A stretch of DNA of 64,000 nt from Pirellulaceae bacterium (GTDB taxonomy: Bacteria > Planctomycetota > Planctomycetia > Pirellulales > Pirellulaceae), in contig JALCBQ010000001.1 of NCBI GenBank assembly GCA_028066335.1, positions 13,480 through 77,479 of the forward strand, in the 5' to 3' direction. Made by a program: the position numbers and the translations under genes. The notes below the pieces were generated by a model. The model was not told the DNA's origin and ran no database searches. It was given only the letters and a program-made list of their open reading frames with translations. Shown here one piece after another: positions 28,101 through 35,062 of this stretch (positions are counted from its first letter, which is position 1; the number at the start of each line of letters is the position of its first letter).

Positions 28101-28745
28101 GACACAGTGGAGTTGATTTTCTTGGGTTGGATCGTATGTTAGCTCAGCAGCGATTTGATTAAGCTGCCATTTCTCGTTAGAACCTTTTTGAGCCACCATG
28201 AGGCTCCCGTTTTGGACAAGAAGGTCAAGGTTGATTTTGGAATCGGTGCTTTCCTGGTCCCATAGTGGTTTAAGAAGTTCTTCGAGATCGGATGATCCTT
28301 GCTCGACAGTGATAGAAATTTGTGGATCGGTCAAAATGATCGTGCCAAGGTTCGTTTGATCGGTTAGAAGAGTCAACAGTGAGTTCTCAGTTTTGGCCTG
28401 TCTAATGGTTACCAGGGTTGCTGAACCGTCTTCGGTTGTAAGCTTGATGTTGGTAAGTGTTACTGGTGAGAACCAGCCTAAAGAGAAGGAGCCAGCGCGC
28501 CCCTTTGCTGCAATGGGAAGTGAGCTCTGGAGGAGATAGTTAGGCAATGGCGTAAATGAGAGAATGGAGGGGGCTAAATAAAGAAGTAGAAAGAAGATTG
28601 TAAAAGAAAGGCTTCCACGAAGAATACGCCGTCTTTGTCGCTTGATTTTTTCGATACGTGATGTTTGACGGGAAGGTTGCCCTTGAGGGCTTTCAGATGT
28701 CGTTGGAAGTTCCGTAGTGGTCTCTCTTTGAGTCGGTTGCGTCAC
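25116..28745 (-). CDS. Large TM-anchored, beta-rich envelope protein, AsmA/TamB-like (tentative)
   Basis: 1209 aa, GTG start. The N-terminus is basic, followed by one TM helix (LSFTIFFLLLYLAPSILSF). The remainder is a very long Asn/Gln/Thr/Gly-rich predicted beta region without enzymatic motifs. This architecture is typical of AsmA-like bridge proteins. The assignment is by architecture only. Confidence 0.55.
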   Translation of the reverse strand: MTQPTQRETTTELPTTSESPQGQPSRQTSRIEKIKRQRRRILRGSLSFTIFFLLLYLAPSILSFTPLPNYLLQSSLPIAAKGRAGSFSLGWFSPVTLTNIKLTTEDGSATLVTIRQAKTENSLLTLLTDQTNLGTIILTDPQISITVEQGSSDLEELLKPLWDQESTDSKINLDLLVQNGSLMVAQKGSNEKWQLNQIAAELTYDPTQENQLHCVVEGKTVLNKKFPSQNDYGTFAATIDYHPRSDAELSTGASHCTVAFDSTDVNLGLLDPIVHRYVSTENFPVQPLPLAGHLTAVGKYELLTNGKHQIVFTPLRSSRIHYQNPSFAAEEKIAIQNFDVQGDFIIDTEKIEITSFEAVADLGNVSASGSFPLNFDDYTKLLQTLSEAQATGQVNLATLSKAIPKTLLIQEGLEITDGQLLFSVAQQASSQKFTGQVALKNIEGIDKKQSVSSLPAMDASVTFDLSQELRLDNLALNSPFLQANGGGNIKQGLLRFSGDLNKLKHEMSPILNLPFSELQGDLNGAIQWDQNDQSHLAARAELVAQNFHLASEGQRPWKEEKLIFITDAQMKIDNDDLTSDKTIVDKLTVKVASGNDQLSAVLFQSLPAKTLMSEWPFQIEATGNLATFADRIPFVEGLKENEIGGNFFLTGRLQASPEQLATTNLKVEINEGKFTGYGLTINEPKIVLEGDLSYLLQSQRVSAEKLSLTGNSLALLLDRTSLPVGDPSKFTGNLQFNLNVWQISNWFEQEGDAPWRGAGALQGALNSFPQGDSNNFNLALHGENLQLVEWVPDQNSWKTLWQEPLLQNNLEASYSPTTGKWTLSKLEGSTIHSAMNARGSLTPNGTTHTIDLQGNILYNLQKLSPNLQQFLATKLELVGERTDSFSIQGDLPYWKEVIIQPSPSAITPITSSELTTRQIVWPDNLTASGKIGWQKVAVQGFTINEGEFGLALQKGIIATMPLKLQVNGGELTTTATFDLGDPILPLTLATGKLFTDIEITPEMCQNWLQYATPIVAEATRANGRFSLDVQKAMFALSDSSKSEVAATLEIHQGRVGPGPVAQEITTLISQINQLSNLGDLNQLLAADTTWLLLPPQKVPIQMINEIVTHRNFVMQVQGITVQTQGSVTLDKQINLLVEFLVPPKWANANRALANLQNQRLALPLTGTLLSPQIDKRGIQQLLQSTLQKTVDDQIKKGIDKLLNKIKKPA

Positions 28746-28974
28746 AGGAACCCCTTTGAGTTTAATAGATGGTTAACTAGTTTGGTCTTCCTCATTTTAG
28801 AAGATTAAACTCGGAGGACAACAGAGGAGATAAAAATTCTCAACAAGTAAGGGTATGAGGCTATTACAGTAATATTCTTTTCGCTTATGATAGGGGAGAG
28901 GGCGGCTAACGTCTACAGAAACAGTGGAGCCGTCGGTTTATTGAGATTTAGGGTTTTTATAATCGTAACCGAGT

Positions 28975-30240
28975 ATGTCCAAATTACCTAAGTTTTTTAC
29001 CGTTTGCCAACATTGGGAAACGACCAAGGTTTCTGATATTCAAAAAGAGGTCGAAAAGGAGTTGTCTGCATTACAGCTTGGGGAGAAGGTTCGAAAAGGG
29101 CAGACGGTTGCGATTACCGCTGGTAGTCGAGGTATTGCTAATATTTCGCTGATTTTGCGTTCAATCGTTGACTATTTCAAAAAATTGGGAGCCGTCCCTT
29201 TTTTAGTGACGGCCATGGGAAGTCACGGTGGGGCGACTGCTCAAGGACAGCGTGAAGTGTTGGAGAATTATGGGATTACCGAAGAGTACTGTGGTTGCGA
29301 GATTCGGAGTGACATGGAGACTATTGCAGTCTGTCGGGCAAAAGAAGGCTTTGAAGTCCATATGGACAGGCACGCCTGGGAGGCCGATCACTTAGTCGTC
29401 TGCAATCGAGTGAAGCCACATACCGGATTTACAGGTGATTTACAAAGTGGCCTCATGAAGATGTTGCTCATTGGGCTGGGAAAACACAAAGGGGCAACGA
29501 TATACCATCGAGCGATCAAAGATTATTCGTTTGGTCAAATTGTCCGAAGTGTCGTTGGTGAGGTAGTGGGGCGTGGCAATCTGTTGGCTGGTTTGGGAGT
29601 TGTGGAAAATGCTTATGAAGAGACATCGGTTGTTTGGGGAGCAAGAGGAGAAGAGCTTGAATCTCTTGATAAAAAGTTATTGCAAATAGCGGCCGATCAA
29701 ATGCCGACACTCCCTTTTCCTAACTTAGATATTCTATTGATCGATGAAATTGGAAAAAACATTAGTGGCACAGGAATGGACACAAATGTTGTTGGCAGAA
29801 AGTTTGATGATCACCGTGCGGCAAAGGACGAATACCCTAAGATAAAACGGATTTTAGTCCGAGGGTTGACCCAGGAGTCGAAAGGGAATGCGACAGGAAT
29901 TGGAATGTCCGAGTTCTGTTTATCAAGGGTTGTTGAGGCGATGGATCTAGAGGTGACCAATACGAATTGTCTCACTTCTGGTCATGTAACCGCAGCGATG
30001 ATACCTATTCATTTTCAGACCGATCGTGAGATGTTAGAGGCGGCGTTAGGAACGATCGGCTTGACACATCCTGAGGAGGCAAAGATTGTTTGGGTGCCCA
30101 ATACACTCAAGCTAGATCAGTTTATTTGCTCAAAAGTTTTTGAAAACGTGTTGAAAAAACAGGAAGGCCTGACTATTTTGTCTGGTCCCAAGGCATTGCC
30201 TTTTGGCGAGAATGGACTACTTGTCTCACCGTTTGAGTAG
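28975..30240 (+). CDS. LarA-N-terminal-like (DUF2088-type) domain protein (tentative)
   Basis: 421 aa. VAITAGSRGI...LVTAMGSHGGAT...VVCNRVKPHTGFTGDLQSGLMKMLLIGLG is collinear with the LarA N-domain pattern (..SDHTRP..ATG.HR......SH.FAGFSGG.K...PG). The family call is from memory. Confidence 0.5.
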   Translation: MSKLPKFFTVCQHWETTKVSDIQKEVEKELSALQLGEKVRKGQTVAITAGSRGIANISLILRSIVDYFKKLGAVPFLVTAMGSHGGATAQGQREVLENYGITEEYCGCEIRSDMETIAVCRAKEGFEVHMDRHAWEADHLVVCNRVKPHTGFTGDLQSGLMKMLLIGLGKHKGATIYHRAIKDYSFGQIVRSVVGEVVGRGNLLAGLGVVENAYEETSVVWGARGEELESLDKKLLQIAADQMPTLPFPNLDILLIDEIGKNISGTGMDTNVVGRKFDDHRAAKDEYPKIKRILVRGLTQESKGNATGIGMSEFCLSRVVEAMDLEVTNTNCLTSGHVTAAMIPIHFQTDREMLEAALGTIGLTHPEEAKIVWVPNTLKLDQFICSKVFENVLKKQEGLTILSGPKALPFGENGLLVSPFE

Positions 30241-30367
30241 TTGTTTTTTAAAGATCGGGGTAGTATTTCAGTATTATTTTATGTAGAAATATGGTGTGCG
30301 GAATCGTCTATTTTAAGGCACTTGAAATTAACCAGAAAAACCCAGAAATTGACCGAGCAGAATCCGT

Positions 30368-31705
30368 ATGACGAACCTTTGTTCCCTTGAAGAACATTTT
30401 TGTTTAGAGCTAACTGATGAACTACGAGAGTGGTTCACGGCTGGGCCTCCATTAGATGAAAAGCTTTTTGAGTTTCATCAAAAAGTGACCCTTGAAGAAC
30501 TTTTAGACCTTGAGAAGGGGGTGGAGAAAAACATTCAAATCTGGCCCGGCTTTTTGCCTCCCGACACACTTCCGTTACTTAGTAATGGTCTCGGAGATTG
30601 GTTGTTGTTAAGAGTTTTGCCGTCAGGGGAGATAAGTGAGGTTATTTGTTGGCGACATAGTGGTGGTGATTGGGTTCCATGGGGAAGGACGTTAGCCGAG
30701 GCGTTACTATTCGATACGATTCGACAACAGCAGGGGGTTGCCCAAGAGGATACTCGTCAGATCGATAAGTCGGAGCCGGCAATGCTTTGGTGTCTGGAAA
30801 ATTTGCCTCTCGATTCGACCCAAGAATCTAACTTGCTTTATGAAATTACCAAAAGTCGGCTTGTGGCAACGCCGAAGGTGAGCGATCCAGTTTGTTATCC
30901 TACGCAAAACCCCATTGTTCCCGATTTATGGGAGTTGCTAGTCGATTATCGGCTGTGTGAGGTCGTTGCACGACGAGACTTGTGCCAATATTACCTGAAC
31001 TCGCCGCTAAGAGAGCGGGCCCATTTGACCGATGCCCAAAAACTAAACGTTTCATGGCGACCCGATTTCATCCAGTGGTTAAGTGATACAAGGACAATCC
31101 CTGAGGAGAAAAGGTCATTATTGCAAGAGTATTATAATCTTGGCGAAGATGAGCTATTTAACCAAGACTGGGAAAAGGTCAGGGACTTATTACACCCTTT
31201 GGTTCAAAAACGTGGCGACCTGATGTGGGTTTTGAATTTGGCCGGTTGGCAAGCCGAAGTATTGCATCAGCCTGACCAAGCGATCATGTATTATTATCAG
31301 GCGATCAAAGCGTCGTCGTTTACCGATGAGTCGGTTCGTTTTCGAATGAACTGGACCGAAGAGTCCTTTTGGAAATTTCCTGCAGCGCGCCTTTACAGTT
31401 ATGCTAAAGTTGTGCCGGAAGCTCTGAAAAAAGATGACTACTTGCAGATATTGTGGGAACAAGATATCTCTAATTTGCCTAACACAGTTGCACGATACTG
31501 GTTTGAAAAAGGGGTACAGTGTAAACGAAAAGGTGAGTATTGGCAGGCTTATCAGAACTTCTATAAAGCGGGGTGGGACGTCGAGCATTCAACCCTTCAA
31601 ATGTTTCCCACCATCTTGCAAGAGCTCTCGGTTTGTGCGAACAACAGCGGGGGCCGTGGCCTTGCCCGGTTGGCAGAGATGTATCACCAGGCACTCGTTA
31701 GTTAA
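30368..31705 (+). CDS. Hypothetical protein, SMI1/KNR4 (SUKH)-like N-domain plus TPR-like C-terminal region (tentative)
   Basis: 445 aa. LTDELREWFTAG ... LPLLSNGLGDWLLLRV...EVICWRHSGGDWVPWGRTLAEAL resembles the SUKH-1 pattern. The C-terminus has TPR-like helices (AIMYYYQAIKA, GEYWQAYQNFYKAGWD). Confidence 0.45.
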   Translation: MTNLCSLEEHFCLELTDELREWFTAGPPLDEKLFEFHQKVTLEELLDLEKGVEKNIQIWPGFLPPDTLPLLSNGLGDWLLLRVLPSGEISEVICWRHSGGDWVPWGRTLAEALLFDTIRQQQGVAQEDTRQIDKSEPAMLWCLENLPLDSTQESNLLYEITKSRLVATPKVSDPVCYPTQNPIVPDLWELLVDYRLCEVVARRDLCQYYLNSPLRERAHLTDAQKLNVSWRPDFIQWLSDTRTIPEEKRSLLQEYYNLGEDELFNQDWEKVRDLLHPLVQKRGDLMWVLNLAGWQAEVLHQPDQAIMYYYQAIKASSFTDESVRFRMNWTEESFWKFPAARLYSYAKVVPEALKKDDYLQILWEQDISNLPNTVARYWFEKGVQCKRKGEYWQAYQNFYKAGWDVEHSTLQMFPTILQELSVCANNSGGRGLARLAEMYHQALVS

Positions 31706-31794
31706 TTATAGAAAATAGTTTCTCTAGAGGGGTTTGAGCCTGTTTGTGGGGTGATCCCATGGAAAGTAGCGGAGTACTTAATTCTCCACCTAGC

Positions 31795-34011
31795 CTATAG
31801 ATCAAAATAAAAAGTTTGCAATAGGGTGCGGTATAACCTTTGACCAATAGTTTGGTAACCGGTGTGGATATAGGCTGTCCCACTTCCGCCATTAAGTGTC
31901 GAGTCGGGGTTTTTCTCAAGTGGTACACTCGCCTTGTAAGAGACGTTTAGCGATGAAGTAAGTCTGCTTTTTTCGTTTCGAGATGGACTAGAGTCTTTTT
32001 CCCGATTTTCCAATAACGCTTGGTGTTGATGGTCATCTTGAGCGATATACTCAATCGTTCCCTGGAAAACTTTCCCTGGCTCACTCGTTAATGTTAAAGC
32101 GACAGTTTGGTTTTGTTTAATAAACTCGATTTTATTTTGTGGAATGGTAAGAATCGCTTCGAACTGATTAGTTGGGGCGATCTCCAGTAAAAGCTGATCA
32201 CCACGGAGGTAGGATCCTAGTTTTTCTTTTTTTAGAAGAGGTGCATTGTTGTTTGGAGTTGAGGTTGTCGCTTGTTGGTGACCAGTATAGCGGACTGGCA
32301 AATAGGCGGTTCCGGCTAGAGGAGAACGTATAGTTAGCCCTTCTTTCTCCTGTTGATATGCTTCGAGCTGTTCTGTGATTGCATCGATTTTTGCTTTTAA
32401 TCGTAAGAGGTCAAGGCTGGCATTGTTTTCCAAAAGTGCAAGCTGGTTAGCAGTCTGTTGCTCTAGTTCTGCTAACTCGAGATCTCCTTTGAGTTCTTCA
32501 ATTTGTCGTTCGAGCTCTCGGTTTTCAAGAAAAACAAGAGGCATTTCTTTGTCGACAACAGCCCCATTCGTAACATGGAAATCCTTTAGTTGTCCAGCGA
32601 CGGGAGGATAAACTTGAACGGCATTTTTGGGTTGAAGGTAGAACTTGCAACGGACCGAATAGGGGAGGGGAATCCAAAGGATACCAATGATAATACCAGT
32701 CAGGAGAGTCAACGAAATAAGGATAGATCTTGATTGGAGCATTGTTTGTTTTCCCGGGGTTCGAAGAAAGGAAACGAATCGGGTGGCAGGTAAAACCAAG
32801 AGTGTAAAGAGAGAGAGAAATACGAGTAATTGGCCGATGATTTGTAAGCCATAGGGTTTAAAAATATGGTAAAGCATCCAAAGAATTGATAAAGAGAGTA
32901 TCCAGCGGTAAACCAAACAGGCGACACTATACAGGGCAAAAATAATACGGTTCTTCTGGGGTAAAAAGGGATCGCGTTTCTCAGGGAGACCTAGACACCA
33001 TTTGCCTGCTGTTTGTCTTAGTGAGGCATTTGCCTTATCACGTAGGTTGGGTATTTCTAAATAATCTGAAAGGATGTAGTAACCGTCGAAACGCATGAGA
33101 GGGTTTGCGTTAAACAACAAGGTGCCAGTTGAACAAACGACCATCACATTCAGGGCTAAAAAATGAAGCAGCCCCTCTTGGGTAAACCACCACAAAAAGG
33201 TCGCCCCGGCCGCTAGCAAAATTTCAAAATAAATTCCACCTGCCCCAATTGTTATTCTTTGCCACTTGTTTGGTAAAGTCCAGCTGTCTGAGACATCGCA
33301 ATACAGACAGGGCATAAAGACCAGAAACATGACCCCCATCTCGTGGCATTCGCTTCCATAGTATTTGCAAGCAATTCCGTGACCAAATTCATGAATGATT
33401 TTGGTAATTGTTAGTGTGATTCCAAGGAGGAGCCAGTTTTCAGCAGAAAAGAAAGTATAAAAATCAGGAAGCCTTTCAGTAAATTCATTAAACTGAGAAA
33501 AAATTAAAAAAAGTGCCGAAAGGGCAAAGAAACCTCCAAAGGCGATAGCCGGTAAAGAGAATAACCATCCAAAATAATGGGTTGCTTTCTCCAGAATTGT
33601 TGTTGGATTCATCCCTGGGAGGCGGAGAAATAGAAAGTTCGAAAAGAGAGCAAGCCTCTTTTTTTGTTGGTTTTTTTGTTGTCTTTGGTATAAAACATCG
33701 CCTTGACCAGACTGCTCAGAAATAAGAAGGCCACTTTGATGGAGGGAGCCAAGAAAGTGTTCTAGTTCCTGAAGAGAGAGTTGTTTGGGAGCATGTTTTT
33801 CGTAAAATTGCTTTTGAATTTCGGCGACAGTTTTCTGCCCATCTAGTAACTGAAGAAGAGTGTACTCCTCTTCGGCAAAACGGTAATATTTAAGAGTAAG
33901 AGGGTCTTTTAGCAGCCAGTAGTTTTGTCCTTGATACGTCTGTACGACAGCTTTTAGTTCCGTTCGAAACCTTAAATTTAAAGGGCGAGTTGTTTCAATC
34001 GAAGAAGACAA
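31795..34011 (-). CDS. Fusion protein: PqqD/RRE-like N-domain + site-2-protease (peptidase M50) membrane core + HlyD-like periplasmic adaptor domain
   Basis: 738 aa. HEFGH at 33379-33393 and NANPLMRFDG at 33082-33111 are the S2P HExxH and NxxPxxxxDG signatures. Multiple hydrophobic helices. The C-terminal ~290 aa contain a heptad coiled coil (ELERQIEELKGDLELAELEQQ...) and a beta-rich end like membrane-fusion proteins. The N-terminal ~100 aa (YWLLKDPLTLKYYRFAEEEYTLLQLLDGQKTVAEI...) look PqqD-like. Confidence 0.85.
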   Translation of the reverse strand: MSSSIETTRPLNLRFRTELKAVVQTYQGQNYWLLKDPLTLKYYRFAEEEYTLLQLLDGQKTVAEIQKQFYEKHAPKQLSLQELEHFLGSLHQSGLLISEQSGQGDVLYQRQQKNQQKKRLALFSNFLFLRLPGMNPTTILEKATHYFGWLFSLPAIAFGGFFALSALFLIFSQFNEFTERLPDFYTFFSAENWLLLGITLTITKIIHEFGHGIACKYYGSECHEMGVMFLVFMPCLYCDVSDSWTLPNKWQRITIGAGGIYFEILLAAGATFLWWFTQEGLLHFLALNVMVVCSTGTLLFNANPLMRFDGYYILSDYLEIPNLRDKANASLRQTAGKWCLGLPEKRDPFLPQKNRIIFALYSVACLVYRWILSLSILWMLYHIFKPYGLQIIGQLLVFLSLFTLLVLPATRFVSFLRTPGKQTMLQSRSILISLTLLTGIIIGILWIPLPYSVRCKFYLQPKNAVQVYPPVAGQLKDFHVTNGAVVDKEMPLVFLENRELERQIEELKGDLELAELEQQTANQLALLENNASLDLLRLKAKIDAITEQLEAYQQEKEGLTIRSPLAGTAYLPVRYTGHQQATTSTPNNNAPLLKKEKLGSYLRGDQLLLEIAPTNQFEAILTIPQNKIEFIKQNQTVALTLTSEPGKVFQGTIEYIAQDDHQHQALLENREKDSSPSRNEKSRLTSSLNVSYKASVPLEKNPDSTLNGGSGTAYIHTGYQTIGQRLYRTLLQTFYFDL

Positions 34012-34042
34012 TGAGTTTCTCTTTGATCAAAAAATCAATGGT

Positions 34043-35017
34043 TTATTGATGAACTAACATTGAGGCATTCATTCCGGGGCGGAGTAACCACTGACCTTTG
34101 TGTTGCATGTTGTTTACTTCGGCGCGTATTCGGTAATTGTTTCCCGCCCCAACGATCGGATCGATTAAAGTGACTTGACCTTGAATTTGAAATTTCTGGT
34201 TGCCGGCAAGGCCTGCTTCAATGGTCACTGGCTTACCGAGTAAGTCGGAGGGGTTCGCTCGATCAACACGAATTCGGCCGACGACACGTAGCTTATCCAT
34301 TTGGATAATACGTAGTATCGGCTCACCAACGTTCACCCACTCTCCTTTTTGCTTTTGAATTTCCCAGATGAGTCCTTGGGTCGGTGCAACAATTTTTCTC
34401 CGTTGGATACTCAATTGCGAGGCGTCGACCTCATCTTGTTTTATTTCGGCAGTTAATTTGGCGACTTTAAGGTTAAGGCGGCTCCGGTCTATTTGAAGAG
34501 CGGCTTGTTCTCGGGCTAACTTTAGCCGGCGAATGTCGGCCTCGGGAACGGCACCAGGAGATCGTTTGTTTATTTGTTCGTCTTGTTCGAGTTCGGCCTT
34601 TGCCACGGCAAAAGCTGCCTCGGCAAATCGGACTTCGATATCATCGTTTGCTTCGACCTGAGCAGCAAGGAGTTGGCGATGGGAGGCCTTTTTTTGCAAT
34701 TGAGGCTGGTCGTCGTTTATCTGAACAAGGAGAGTGTTAGCCTGAACATAATCACCTTCTTTAATATTCATTGCAGTGATTGGGCCTGCCTCTTGGGCTG
34801 AGAGGCGTACATCTTGAATAAGGCTAACCAGGCAGAGAGGAATAACAATTGGTTCAGTGGCATGGCGATTTTGTTCTTTAGTAAGCTGAGTCGCCAGCAC
34901 TTGTTTCTTTTCAGGGAGAAAAAAGGAGAGGCAAAAGAGAGGTACCCCGACAATAAGAAGAGAAAAAGCAAGTTTTCTAAAAGAGGAGGTATAAAACCTA
35001 TAGGAGAAGTAGTTCAT
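34043..35017 (-). CDS. HlyD-family periplasmic adaptor (membrane-fusion protein)
   Basis: 324 aa. N-terminal TM helix (LAFSLLIVGVPLFCLSFF), a biotin-lipoyl-like segment (IKEGDYVQANTLLVQIND), a coiled coil, then IVAPTQGLIWEI and a beta-barrel-like C-terminus. Confidence 0.8.
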   Translation of the reverse strand: MNYFSYRFYTSSFRKLAFSLLIVGVPLFCLSFFLPEKKQVLATQLTKEQNRHATEPIVIPLCLVSLIQDVRLSAQEAGPITAMNIKEGDYVQANTLLVQINDDQPQLQKKASHRQLLAAQVEANDDIEVRFAEAAFAVAKAELEQDEQINKRSPGAVPEADIRRLKLAREQAALQIDRSRLNLKVAKLTAEIKQDEVDASQLSIQRRKIVAPTQGLIWEIQKQKGEWVNVGEPILRIIQMDKLRVVGRIRVDRANPSDLLGKPVTIEAGLAGNQKFQIQGQVTLIDPIVGAGNNYRIRAEVNNMQHKGQWLLRPGMNASMLVHQ

Positions 35018-35062
35018 AATAACGCTTCCATGAAAAGTAAATTTACAGTTTTGTTTTTGGCG

